Positions 42,553-57,630 of a stretch of DNA of 64,000 nt are shown piece by piece. The stretch is from the human T2T-CHM13v2.0 reference genome, Homo sapiens. The notes beneath the pieces are model-generated. The model had not been told where the DNA came from, did no database searches, and saw nothing but the letters and a program-made list of their open reading frames with translations. Position 1 is the stretch's first letter; each line of letters starts with the position of its first letter. The position numbers and the translations under genes are program-made. The stretch is taken from the NCBI RefSeq assembly GCF_009914755.1, contig NC_060946.1, one strand, 5' to 3'.

Positions 42553-43735
42553 TATAGGGTTATATATATGCATACATACATACATATAACAAAAAAGAGT
42601 AAAAATATTTTCTAATCACATATTTGGTAGGTGTTAATTTTCAAAATATATAAATTCCTAAAACTCAACAACAAAAAAAGTTAATAACTTGATTTAGAAT
42701 GGCACATGTTTGAAATGACTTTCTCCAAAGAAGACATAGAAATGACTAGGCATTTAAAAGGATACTCGAGAACTCTCTTCTAGAAAAATACAAAGAAAAG
42801 TCACAATAATCTATCACATCAAACTTATTTTTAAAATAGTATGAAAGCTCTTCAAAAAATTTAAAATGAGATTATTATACAATCCAGCAAACCCCATTCT
42901 GGCTATGTATTTAAAATATACAACACATGATCCGGAAGAGATATTTGCACACCCAAATTTATTGCAGCATTACTAACACAAGCCAAAAGACAGAAACAAC
43001 CCAGCTGTCCCTTGACCAATGAAGAGATTAATAACAAGTGGCACATACACAAAGTCGAATATTATTCAGTCTTTAAAAAGTCACATTATATGATTATTCT
43101 TGAGAATATCACGTTAACTGAAATAAGCCAGGAACAAAGTGACAGTCTATGATTCCATTCATAATCAGGTATCTTAAGTAGACAAACTCATAGGAAAAAA
43201 AAAGTTAGAATGGTGTTAGTCAAGGACTGAAGAGATGGTAAAATGGGAAATTGTCTTAAAAGACATTTAATGTTAGTTTTGCAAGACATAGAAGTTCTAC
43301 AGATCTTTTGCATAACTATGTGAATGTACTTAACGCTAATGAAATATACACTTAAAAAGAATTAAAATGGTAAATTTTACATTATGTGTTTTTACCACAA
43401 TCGCAATTTTTAAAAGGAAAAATATGGACTTATAAAGCTTTCCAAAAATTAAATTTTGTTCACAAAAGATTTTCTCTCACACAAAGGAAGTATAGATTTA
43501 TAATTAAACTCATTGTGAAATTAAGATTATTTCAATGACTATTCATCCACACAAGATAAGACAACCACTGAAAATCAGCCAAAAAATATGGAAGATAAGC
43601 CAGGAGCAAAGTTGGGGACATATTTATAGAGACAAACACATATATAATTTAATTTTGAAAACGTATGACCGATTTATATTTTAATTAAACCCAACATTAG
43701 TTTCCTGAGTGAAATTTGGTTTTTAGTTTGGGCAA

Positions 43736-44297
43736 ATGAAGACCTTTCTGTGGTTAAAAGGATTCTTTCTTCTCCGTTTCTTCATATGGACCTGTGCTGG
43801 GGATTGGTCAGCTGTTCAAGTGCAATGCACTCAGTTTTGGTTCTGTGCCAGGATTAAACCTACGATATTTCACATTTCATATATAAACCCCGATGAAGTG
43901 TTTCTAGGAGATGGCTGCCTCATAACCTATATTTTGCCAAATGTTTACTATGAATTTCACCACCATCCTCTTGAAGGTGGTATTGTAACTAAAACTCTTC
44001 AGGACATTCTACTTAAAACTAAAATCACGTATATCTCAAGACACTCCTTTCTGATTTGAAATGCCTCTGTCATGTATTGTTTGCAATCAGCATCCTCTTT
44101 CAAAGAAAGTGGAAAGGACAGATGAGGAAACTGATAGTGTTACTGCATGGGAGACAGAGGTGAGGATACACATGGCGGATGAAAACATGGAAGTTATTTC
44201 TACAGCACGATCTTGTAAGTGTCTGACTGCTATGCTCCCTTGTATATCAAATGATGTACCTTTATTGCAAGAGAAGATAGTGCGCTGTTTACCTTGA
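43736..44297 (+). pseudogene. OOSP1P: OOSP1 (oocyte-secreted protein 1, PLAC1/ZP-N family) processed pseudogene
   Basis: MKTFLWLKGFFLLRFFIWTCAGDWSAVQVQCTQFWFCARIKPTIFH..NPDEVFLGDGC..LPNVYYEF matches OOSP1 as recalled. Intronless, frameshifted near 44050 before MPLSC, and the third ZP-N Cys is lost (LEGG in place of HDCG). Confidence 0.9.
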
Positions 44298-44737
44298 CAT
44301 TGAGAGGCAATTTTGAATCTCTGTCGTGATTGCTTAGGACTGAGGATTTAATGTGCTATTTTGTGGAAATCTTAGAAGCAGTAATGGGATTTAATGATCT
44401 TAACTATCATCCATCTGAAAAATCTAACGCGATTTTAAATAAAATGGCCGGCTGCTTCCACCGTTCCCTTTTTAAACCAGGAGCTGCCGTTGCTTTTAAC
44501 ATTATGAAGTTGAATCTATGAATAGTTTGTACTATTAACATTTTTTTAAAAATCCACATTGACTTGAAGTGTACAGGCAGAGGTGGAAATTATAACATCC
44601 AAAGTTATAATACATAAGTAAAACCCAAAATAAAATCAACTGCTGCCCTGGAACCTATTCTAAATAATCGAGACAGTAATATGGAATTGTAAAGAAAAAT
44701 AAGAAACATATTTACTCATAAAATCTTGCAAGCAAAG

Positions 44738-46750
<2,013 letters not shown>

Positions 46751-49319
46751 AGACCAGCCAAGACTTTTACTTTATAAAGATATTTATGATGTTTTCTTTT
46801 CTTTTTACAGTATGTATTGCATTTATAATTGGAGATACAAAAAAAGGTGACTGTTACTGTTTGACAGCAAGGCAGTAGTATTATCTTCATCAATATTTGC
46901 AACTTCATTCACAGGAACCTGTAAGAGAAAGCCCAGACAAAACTTTAAGGCAAAGAAGTTACACTTGTAAAAAATGAGAGGACTATTTTTTTATAATAAC
47001 AAATATTCCAGGTGAGGACTGGTCAGGATCTACCACTGCTCCATCTCACTTGATAAGTCTCATGCCTGCCAGGGTAAGAAGGAGCAGAGAGAAGGACAAA
47101 TGCCAGTGAGTTTCCTCTCCCACTAAGGATCTGTTTGTCAAGTTTCCTACCATCAAGTGGAAGATGTACTAAAAATAAAATGTACCCTTGCAGATGCTAA
47201 CAGAGAGGCACAAAATAGAAAAGGAGGTAAGCCCACACATTGTGGAGAAAGAGATCCAACTTAAGATTCAAAATGCACCAGAAAGCTGTGTAAAGTTAAT
47301 AAAATTACTCAAAATCTTGGAACATTTGTTTCCTCACCTGTAAAATGGGGATCATGTGCCTACTTCATAAGTTGTTTTGACAGTTAAATTCACAGAGATA
47401 TTTAATAGAGCCTGCTATGGCAAGTGTTCACATTAACAAAGTAGTATCAAACTTCAAAATATGGGAAAGGTATTTTGAATAATGTCTATGAGGCCAAGGA
47501 CAACATGCCCAGCTTCATAATCAATCCCAGCCACATTACACTGAGGAGATCTACAGGGCAACTATATTTCTTCAACAAATTCCATTAGAGAGGAAGAGTG
47601 TGTAGTCTGAAAACATGACACAAATGTGACCAGTGTACAGTGACTTAGGTAGTCGGGGGTGGAGTCCCTACATATTCTCTGAATTGCAGTTACACAGTGA
47701 GTTCCCAGGAAACAAATGGAATAGAAAAGGTGACACAAAATATACTACCATAAATGGGGTGAGCATAGCAGGTTCACAACCACAAATGTAAGCAGGAGAC
47801 TCAAATCACAAGGAGCACCTAGATCTGTGAACAGCAGCTTGTGGTGGCATCAGGTTCAACTTTCTGAGACCACCGGTGTGGGCAGTGTCTTTGCAGGCAC
47901 ATACTCGGCAGCAGTGTATCTGAAGACAGATCTCAAGGCTCTTCTCTTCATTAATTATTAAGATGATAGATGATGGATACCCTCACGTTACAACATCCCC
48001 ACTAACGCTGTGGACAAGTGAATTCAGAAACCCCCACCTAAATACACAGTGAAGAGTAGGATGAGAATACTGCAGGATAGGTTAGGAATGCAGGCATTCG
48101 ACCCCATAGAGTCTATTTAAAATAAGAGAAGGGCCCTAGTATTGTGCTGTGGTCCTCCTATATATAGTTCTTTATTTTTCCAATTTCATAAAGGCCATAC
48201 AGTTTTTCTTCCTTTCTTCACAAATGTGCTGATGAACCCATGAGTAATTCATCCTGAAGGGGTTAATTCCTCATAAAGTACAGTAACGTGATTCAATTGC
48301 TATGATGAGGTTTTTCAGGATTTTTTTATAGTGTCCCATACTCACCGATCACAAGTGAAAATTATAAGAACATGTAATTTGAACAAAGTATTCTTTTCAC
48401 ATAGAGAAATACACAGGTTTGTACAGATTAGATGCATCATCAAAGTTGGTAACATCTGGGAACAAAAGGAACTATCCTGAGGACATAAGGAACTTAGGAA
48501 CGTCGATTATTAAGAGGCTACCTGCAAGTGGAACTTCTGGGTTTTCATTGTCTAGACAGAAAAATTTAACTGATAAGCCCCAGTATATTAAGGTACATCC
48601 CCAACGGCTGTGGGGGATCAACTTTCCATCCAAAGCAGAGATGTAAAACATGAATGACTTCAAATGCGGCTCAAGTGCTCTGCACCTTGAAAGTCATCCC
48701 CACAAAGCTGGAGCACCACCTGTTCCTGAGGGATGAGGTCACCAACTGCTTTTTTGAGACACTCGTCAGTCAGGACTCAGTTGAGATGAGGCTGGTGATT
48801 TCAACTGTAAAATATCTAAACCATCATCTTTAGGTAGATTCTTATGCCTGGGAATTGTGGTTTTCTCCTCTGCTGTTAGCAGATCCTGAGTAACCCAAGA
48901 AATACCCGCTCTCACCCGTCAAGTTCTATATCACAAGAAAGGCGCTGCAGACGGTGACATTTTCACGAAGGAGCCACAGCCCGCATCACCCCCTGAAAGC
49001 TCTGAAGTTGCGCACGGGTGGGTCACGCAGCAGGTGGATGTCTCAGTTCCCATAGAGTTTAGCAGAGCAGGCGGCTCCCTGGGCTGGAAGAGGTGCGATG
49101 CTCTGGAAACCCCCCACTGGTGTGTATGTGAGAGGACACCGAGATGTGCAGTGGGCTGTGCAGTGAGGACCAGACACCTCCGATTTGAGCAAGGGAGGTG
49201 CACTTCGCAGGGTCACACCGTCCTCATCGCCCAGCCTAGACCTGCCCCTCAAGTCCTTCTGCGGACTCCCTTGGCGAGGGGGTGGCACAGAATCAGCATG
49301 TGGCATCGCTTAGGAAAGG

Positions 49320-50095
49320 ACGAGTCCACACCGCCCTGTCCCTCCCTCCAGGGCTGCGCACCACGGGGGAGGACAGACAGCGCATGCTGGTTTTGTAGTT
49401 AGCAGGTCGGCGACCAATGGGCTGGAAACCGTTAAGACACCATAACTCCCAGCACTCCTAGCTAGGGACGCGCCTCCCTATCCTTCGCTTCCATACTGCA
49501 CACCGCCCCCAAACCCAGCGCATGCTGAGATTGTAGTCCGTTAGCCTCGCGACCAATGGGCTGGAAATACTGAAAGGACTATGACTCCCAGCATGCCTTG
49601 CGAGGTACCCGCCGTCCCGATCCTTCCTCTAGGGCTGCGCACCGCCCCCAAGCCCAACGCATGCTGGGATTGTAGTCAGGTAGTCCTGGGACCAACTGAC
49701 TGGAAACTGTTAAGAGACCATAACTCCCAGCACGCCTGGCTAAGGACGCACCTCCCTATCCTTCCCTTCAGTGCTACACACCGCCTCGAAGCCCGGTGGC
49801 TGCTGGGATTGTAGTCTGCAGGCCGGGGGCCATCGCTGGAAACCGTTAAGAGACCATAACTCCCAGCATCCCTGGCCAGGGACGCGCCTCTCTATCCTTC
49901 CCTCCAGCGTTACACACCGCCCCAATCCCGGTGCATGCTGGCATTGTAGTTCGGTAGCCTTGCGATCAACGTGCTGGAAACCGTTTAAGGACTATGACTC
50001 CCAGGACGCCTTGCGAGGGACCCACCCTGTTGACCCTTCCTCCAGGGCTGGGAACCTCCCCTAAGCCCAGCGCATGCTGGGATCATAGTCCGACT
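49320..50095 (-). repeat. Inverted, diverged ~6-unit copy of the 139-bp satellite
   Basis: gcatgctg(g/a)...tgtagt at 49382, 49520, 49659, 49798, 49933 and 50072 (spacing 138, 139, 139, 135, 139). The reverse complement aligns to the 4421-7310 unit. Confidence 0.92.
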
Positions 50096-50121
50096 GCCGC
50101 GACAGAAAGGCTGGGAGTGGA

Positions 50122-50207
50122 TCTGAGACTACAGTTCCAACACTACGGGGAAAATTTCATCTTCTCTGAGACTACAGTTCCAACACTGCGGGGATAATTT
50201 CATCTTC
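50122..50207 (+). repeat. 43-bp direct tandem duplication (2 copies)
   Basis: tctgagactacagttccaacact(a/g)cgggga(a/t)aatttcatcttc at 50122 and 50165. Confidence 0.95.
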
Positions 50208-51609
50208 TCCTCCGCCCCTCCATGTTTCCAGTGCAATTCCGCCCTGCTGAGGGGAGCCTATCTGTTCCCAAACTTCTGCGTGCGAGGAGACAGCGTGGCC
50301 AGGGCAGGTGGTCTCACTTGTAATTGTGACACAGTCTCCCCACGTGCCAGTTGTACGACTATTTGTGCCTGAAGTTTGATTTCTCTCTGACAAGACAGAG
50401 CCCGGGAGCCTCTAACAGCCTGCCCAGTGTTGCCGTAACGCTTGCTCTCGGGGAGCTGGGCGCGCCCAGACCTTTGCAGGGCCCCTCCCTCAGCCCCGAC
50501 CCTTCTCCTCGCCCCTCCCCTGCCACGCCCCTTTCGACATGCTGGAAAGTCATCTACCTTTAATAACAGTCATCTTTGCAAAAAAAAAAAAAAAAAAAAA
50601 AACTCTGAGAATAACCTATCTCCCATTCTATTTAGTATTTATTTCCATAGTATCCATAAATAGTAGCAATTAGATATCATAGCAAGTCAAGCAAAAGCCC
50701 TGCCTTGCCTGTTTCATAAACCACGATATGGCCTTGCTGTGGTTTTATTTGTATTTTGTTTTGTATTTATTGACCTTTTGGATATAAATATTTAGGTATT
50801 TGGACAGTTTTTGGAAGTATTCCGCTATTAGTTGTTGATTTACTTTTGTTCCCTATTTAATTTTTTTTGTCTCTCCCTTCTCCTTAGACTCAGTCATTCC
50901 ACAGGTCTCGAGAGCTCTGTTCATTTCCTTTAAACTTTTTGTACTTTTTTTTTCCCAGACTGGATAATTTCTATTGCTGTGTCTTCTGTTTTAAATCTAT
51001 GGCTAAACTCAAAAGATTTTTTTCATTTCCTTATCTATAATTTTTTTATATATATGTTCATTTCTCTGCTGAAGTTCCACATCTGTTTGTTTATGAATAG
51101 AATATTTTCTTTTTTCCCCATGAACATATTCATAAAAACTGCCTTCAAATTCTTGTCTGCTGATTGCAACATCCTGGGATAGCTTCTACTGCCTGCTTTT
51201 GATATTGTGTATGGATGACATTTTCACGTTTCTTTACAAGTCTTATGAATTTTAAAATTGTGCACTAGAAACTATAAATGATAATTATAGAATAGAAACT
51301 CTGGATTTTGTTGTTTTACCTTGAAGACTTTTGTTTTATAAACAGGGTTCATTGGGCTAGTGTCAAACCAATGCTTGTGTCCCCTACAGTGGGTATAGCT
51401 GAAATCTTCATTCGGTTGTTAAACACACATATCATATATGTATTATGCATAGGCGTTTTTCTATAATAATATATTTTATTCAAGTTTCATCATTGTTATT
51501 TGTGAGAGTTCAACAAGCTAGTCCACACTTAGTGGAAGTCAGAACCTCAGTTTTATTTGATTGTAGCATTTTATATAAACAAAATTATATAGTATGTATA
51601 CTTGTACAT

Positions 51610-51895
51610 CTGTTTTCTTTATTTCCTTTTCTGTTTTCTTTCTTTCTTTCCTTTTCTGTCTTCTTTCTTTCTCTCTTTCTTTCCTTCTTTCTTTCTCTCT
51701 TCTTTTTTCTTTCTTTCTTTTCCCCAGGTTGGTGTGCAGTGGCATGATCTCACTGCAACCTCTGCCTACCAGGCTTAAGATATCCTTCCACTTCAGCCTT
51801 TTGAGTCACTGGGACCGCAGCCTTGCACCACCATGCCCGGCTAATTGTTTTGTATTTTTGGTAGAGACAGGGTTTCACCATGTTGCCCAAACTGG
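51610..51895 (-). mobile_element. (CTTT)n tract plus partial AluJ
   Basis: Pyrimidine tract followed by ccaggttggtgtgcagtggcatgatctc...gtttcaccatgttgccc. Confidence 0.85.
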
Positions 51896-52579
51896 CATGT
51901 CTGCTTTCTTTTATGCAACATTACATTTGTGATATTCACCCACCAGTTGCAAATAGCTATAGTCTGTTCATTTTAGAAAGTAGTTTTTACCTTTTAGTAA
52001 AATATAAAAATACATGAAATTAACCATTTTATTATTTTTTTTGTGTGCAGTTTAAAGAAATTAAATACATTCACATTGTTTTGCAACCATTGTCCAAGTT
52101 CATAAGGAACTGTTTTTCAATCTTTTAAAAGTGAAACTCTGTACCCAGTAAACAACACTCCCCTTCCATTGCCCTTTGTGTAGTCCCTGGAAACTACTCT
52201 TCTACTTCGTGTTTCTATGAACTTAACTGCTGTAAATATCTCATATGAGTGGAAAGAGACAATATAACAAAAAAATCATGAGGAAGAATAATATATACTA
52301 TATAACATATGTTTATCCATTTTAAGAAAAATGCTAGCAGAGATCAGGTCATGGTGATTATAGAGAAAGGTAGGTAACAGTGAAAAGGGGATTGGTTGCA
52401 TTAAATTTACGACGTGATGCCTCAAGTGCCAGAGCAGTGAGCTTTCTGCCCCACTCGCAGGGCTGGTCAATGGTGTGGCTGGAACCCTACTCGAGCTGCC
52501 TGACTGCCAGAGCCCATGCTTAGTACAAACTTCAATGAGCCATGAAAGCAATTCCAACAACAGGCACTTAATGGCTCTG

Positions 52580-54253
52580 AGATTTTATCACAGCCTGTTC
52601 TTCATGGCTAGCAACTTCAGAGAAGAGTGACAGCTGTGAGGTTCCAGAAGCCACACCTCAGGTCCCCCAGTTCCTCCCCAGCAGCTGGAGTCCAGGTGCA
52701 ACAGGACCTGATGCTGGCCAGGGAACCCTGGCCACAGGCTGTGTGAGGCTGGCGGCAAGACAGTCTCCCCTCCTACCCTCTGCTCATCTGCTAGGTCTTT
52801 GCCTTTTATTCTGATTGTGCTGCTCCAGGCTTGGAACCAAGCCCGAAATTCCTCTTGAGTCTGAAGATGATGATGGTTTCCAGCTGTGTGGAACTGCTGC
52901 ATCTCCTGGAGGACTTTAATCTTCTGGAGACAGAGGGAAAGACAGGATGCTGACAGGGCCTGGGTGAAAGACTCTGTAGGGGCCTTATAAAAGAAGGGAG
53001 GAGGGCTGGTCTCTGAGGTGTTTCTTTTAAGGGGCTCTCACCTCCCCTCCAATATCATGCAGCCCTAACTGGTTCTCAGAGTTGAAAGTAAACGGCCCTT
53101 CCTCTAGGAAGTTGTCATCAACTTCACTCCCCTGATTGCACCCTGCATTAGGATAGGTCTCCTCCTTCTCTGTGTATTACTCCCTTTCAATAAATCTTAG
53201 ATGCGGAAGAAGGGACCAGGGAATGTCCTGTCCAGGGTGATTTCTCATTTCCACCTCCACCCTCCCTCAAAGTGAAGACTTCAGCTACTGCTCACCTTTC
53301 TGTTTTTCTGGGTTTTGATCACATTTCTCTGGAAGACAGAAAGCCAAAGACCATCAGAAAGGTCCGCTGGTCCATAACTAGCCTCCATTTCCAGCGATTT
53401 CCAAGCTTCACCACCACCAGAGCCACCAGGGTCACGGAATGTGCACAAAAGAGGTCTTGCAGCTCTGCAGCTTCACTACTCAGGGAGTGGGACTGATGGC
53501 TGCTGTGGAGCCTCCATCACTCATGAGTAAAATACCCTGTTTACGGGATGGGGAGGACTGCGAGGCCCTCGCAAAAAATTTTGGCAAGGACTGGGATCTA
53601 GGAGCTCAGTTCAAGACTCTCTTCTCCCAGGCCTCAGGATCCTGGTCCCTGACCTGTCTGCTCCAGGCTCACTCACATCCACACATTCCTTCATGGCAAT
53701 GTCCAGCATCACCACATCAGTGAGGAATGTCCCCAGAGAGGGCATGACTTGGGAGGTGCCCACCCAAGTCCTGTCCGCTGAAATCTTATAAACCCCTGCC
53801 TCCTGGCGCCCTCTACCTAGGTTACCCACTTGGAGTAGCTGAGAACCCTCAGCTGCCTTTTCCCAATTCTCTATGTCTTCCCATTAGCTGGCCTCTATTG
53901 CCACCAACCTCACCATAATTACCTCCTTGGTGGGATTTTGACAAGCCACAAGGTCATGTGGTCCCTGGCTCCACCTATTTTAAAAGCCACACGGAGCCCA
54001 GCTCTCCCAGGCCTTGCTCTGGTCTGTCTAATGAACGTGTTTTAGGCACTGCAGCCCCAGGAGAAAAGGGCTGGAGTAGAAAGGCCCTCTGCTTTTTTGA
54101 TTTGGAGGTTTCCAGCTGGGAGAAGTAAGCTCTGTTCTCTGAAACCCTGGAGCCCTTCCCCATCACAGACACATTCACCTTCTGCTGTCACAGCCTCATC
54201 TAAGCTCTCTGGGGCTCCGCTACAGGGTAGACAACTTCTACGGTGTTCACCTG
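52580..54253 (-). pseudogene. Unprocessed RGL4/RalGDS-like (RasGEF C-terminal) pseudogene fragment, five exon remnants
   Basis: Exons with AG/GT ends: 54253-54179 (PQRA*MRL*QQK); ~53760-53677 (PSLGTFLTDVVMLDIAMKECVD, cf. RalGDS-family PYLGTFLTDLVMLDTAM); 53328-53296 (RNVIKTQKNRK); 52923-~52810 (KIKVLQEMQQFHTA..EEFRAWF); 52633 onward. In-frame stops. Confidence 0.78.
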
Positions 54254-54877
54254 CTAGGATGAGGGACAAGGTCAGTGAAAATATGCTTCTTTCAGTTACG
54301 CCTCAGCCACACTAACCTTGGACACGGATAAGTGGCCTGAGTCAGCTTGTCCAATGCTCTGATCATCTCCAGTAAGCTCTGACTCTAGACTCACTCCCAG
54401 GTCCAACACTCCCTGGATGTGTCATTTTGGGCATGCAGTCGGGTTTCCCTGAGCTGTTTCCTCAACTGGAAAGTGTGGTGGGAACCAACTACCTCACAAG
54501 GCCTCTTACCACCTCGGTTTCATGTGGTTGTCATGATTGCTGTCACCATCATCCCTCTCAGGATGAGCCAGACACAAGCACCCTCAGATTCTCTGTCTCC
54601 CTGAGCCCCATCACCACCTTGTGAGGCCTGCCCAACAGGCTCATCATTCCTACATTTTCCACATAAGAAAACAGAGGCCCAAAGCGGCAATGACATGCCA
54701 AGGACCCCACAAGAGAGGCCAGCTCCTCCCTCAACCTAGAGGGACTGTCCCGGCTGCCTTCACCTAACACCCTAGCATCATCACTGACCAGCATTCCATC
54801 TTCTAAACTCTATGAGTGACAATATTCCCAGCAAGGCCCTGTGGCTGTGGACATGGTTCTGAGAATTGGGAATCTAA

Positions 54878-55488
54878 TGTGGAGGAAAAGTTAAATATTT
54901 AATATGAACTCAATTGAACATGGGCACAAACAATGGTCACGAAGTCCTGGAACAGGTTGCATGAACCCCTTGAGGTGTTCATCCAGCGCTGTTTCAGAGA
55001 AATCTTTCAATCCATTCTTATACATTAGTTATTGAAAAAACAACAGACAATTGCAAAAACAAGTTGATCTTTTGTGTTCCTTGAGCCCAGTTGTGAAGGG
55101 CACCTGTGACTGCGCCTCATGCCAAACAACACATTACAAAAAGAGCTAGGGTCCCAGACTGTGCTGAAGTTTCATGAGACCTCTCCTCATCTGTACATGG
55201 ACAGGTCGCTGACTCTGGAGCCCAGGCTGTTGCTTCCCAGTCTGGTAATGAATCCTCCATAGTCTGGTGCGTGTAAATATACATATACATATATGTATAT
55301 TTATATACATGTATATGTATATAAATATACATATATATATTTTCTTTCTGTCCTTCCCATTGCAATTTGCTTATTATATTATTTGCTTATCATGTCTGTA
55401 TTGCCATACACTTGGGATAAACGCTATTTATCCTTAAAACTATTGTGGGTGCCTTTTCTTTTCCCCTCGTTCATTTCCCGCACCGGAG
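54878..55488 (+). mobile_element. LTR66-like solo LTR with internal TA-rich microsatellite
   Basis: tgtggaggaaaagttaaatatttaatatgaactcaattgaacatgg...; same family as the LTRs at 24056 and 27365. Confidence 0.88.
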
Positions 55489-56895
55489 CCCAGGTGATGG
55501 AATCTCGAAGTGACCTCACTTCCTTAGTTACAAACTCAAAGAAAGTTTAGAACTCTGGTAACCTGGAGCCCTAATTCTAGAGACAGCTTTGTATTTACTA
55601 AGGAGACTCTGAAGACAGCAAGATGTTCTCCTGCTATGTCTTGAATTTCTGAGGCTCTCATCTCAGGAAGGCTTGAACAGAGAGACTTTTTTTTTATGAT
55701 GGAGACAGTGCTCATTCTGCACTGCTGGCTCTTCTGGCCATTTGGAAAGGGTTACCCATAGATAACACAAGGCCACCCATGGCAGGCCTATCCAGGCCAG
55801 GCCTCACCTTTGATATCATCTCGGCAGGCACACACCCCTCCTCATCTCCACGTCTCGTGGGAAAGAAAGAGATAATGGGTCCTTTCTTGACAGGAGCAGG
55901 TTTCCAGGTATTGGGAGGCTAAAAGCCTGTCAAATTTATACCGCAGGTTACAGTTGGCAGGAGGGGAAGGTGAGTGCTGGGGGTCACCTTTGTTTGTTCA
56001 GACATTTATTCTAAGGCTTCAAGCTGTCCTCTTGTTTTCTCCCTGGCTGGAGGTCTGCGCAAATGCTCCTATGTGCCTGATCTGGGGAGTAGACTTTCTA
56101 ACTGGAATTTCCCCTGTGGGGAAAGCCAGGATGCCATTGATGCCTCTTGGCCAGGCTTCCAGGCACTCTCTTTGCAGAACTCTATTGAGGAGATCCCTGA
56201 GGAGCTGTTTGATGAGTCCAACTACTCCATCTCATTGAACAAAAGGCAGGTGCATCATGCCAACAACCATGGCCCGTGCTAGTCTGGAGTCAAGGTGGGC
56301 ACAGAGAGGTCTCCAAATGGAAAAGACCAGGGAAGCCCAGGACCCTGACCCAAATGTGAGGATTCCCCAGAAACCGTTTTAGGGCTTTCTCCATTAAGGA
56401 CCCACAGTTCCTTCCCAGAGGAATTTGGCCTCCATTAGTCCATAATGGCAACTTAGGTGCACAGTCCCCGGTCATATGCTTGCAAGAATGTCAAAAGAAA
56501 CACTTTTGTGTTGTTATTACTTTACATTAAGTTGTGAGTATCTTAGCATGTTGCTATTATTTTTATTGTTATATCTACCCACCCCACATACTTCCTGGAG
56601 CAGGCAGCTTCGCTGCCTTGCCAGACCTTCTCTAAGTCCTAGAAGTTCACACTGTTACTAGAGAGAGGTTTCACCCAAAAAGTGGGAGTTATGCAAAAGG
56701 GTCTTATATGACTCTTTACATATGTGTCCCAGAGCCCACCTCTATAGCCCCATCAGGACAGGAGCTGTGTCCTCATATGTCTTCATAAGATTCCATAAGT
56801 GGGGCCTTTCCCTCAGTAATTTAGGCTTTTAATACTGGTGGAGCCTGACATAATAAATTCTATTTCCACTTCAGCCATGCTACAGGGAATATCTT

Positions 56896-57208
56896 TTTTT
56901 TTTTTTTTTGAGACGGAGTCTCGCTCTGTCGCCCAGGTGGGAGTGCAGTAGTGCAGTCTCGGCTCACTGCACTCCGCCTCCTGGGTTCACGCCATCCTCC
57001 TGCTTCAGCCTCCTGAGTAGCTGGGACTACAGGCGCCTGTCACCACGCCCGGCTAATTTTTCTTCTCTGTGTGTGTGTGGTTTTTTTTTTAGTAGAGACA
57101 GAGTTTCACCGTGTTAGCTAGGATGGTCTCGATCTCCTGACCTCGTGATCCACTCGCCTCGGCCTCCCAAAGTGCTAGGATTACAGGTGTAAGCCACCGC
57201 GCCCAGCC
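56896..57208 (-). mobile_element. AluY
   Basis: AluY-type diagnostics; 17-bp TSD gctacagggaatatctt / gctacagggaacatctt. Confidence 0.95.
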
Positions 57209-57244
57209 GCTACAGGGAACATCTTATCTGTGTCCTAATAGGCT

Positions 57245-57630
57245 GTAACGCTTTGCTATGACTTCCCTAATACAGTACCACAGGCTGAAGTTCTTTAACA
57301 ACAAAAACTGAATGTCGCACAATTCTGGAAGTTAGAAATCCAACCTCAAGCTACTGGCTGTGTGGTTTCTCTGAGGTCTCCATTCTTGGCTCGTAGATCG
57401 TCATCTACTATATCTGTGTTCACAAGATCTTCTCTTGTGCTTTTCTGTCCTTCCTGCCTCATCTAATAAGGGCTCCAGTCATCTGGAATTAGGATACACC
57501 CCAATTAATTCACTTAAACCTAACTACATTTGCAGAGGCTATATGTTCAAATATAGTCACGTTCTGAGGCACTAGGTGTTAGGACATGAACATATAATTT
57601 TTAGGAAGGGAATGCAATCTAGCTCACAAC
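57245..57630 (-). mobile_element. MaLR LTR (MLT1-type)
   Basis: gtaccacaggctg...cacaattctggaagttagaaatccaa...gtcacgttctgaggcactaggtgttaggac. Confidence 0.7.

Larger units (their letters stand above)
48930..50540. promoter_or_regulatory. CpG-island-like putative promoter with multiple ZNF143-type motifs, GC boxes and CCAAT
   Basis: High GC and CpG relative to the flanks; repeated gcatgctgggattgtagtc, accgcccc and gaccaatggg. Activity is inferred, not shown. Confidence 0.7.

Noticed and set aside
50580-50602. Long A run after the CpG island as a retrocopy tail
   Set aside because: No recognisable parent gene, no canonical polyA signal and no TSD.
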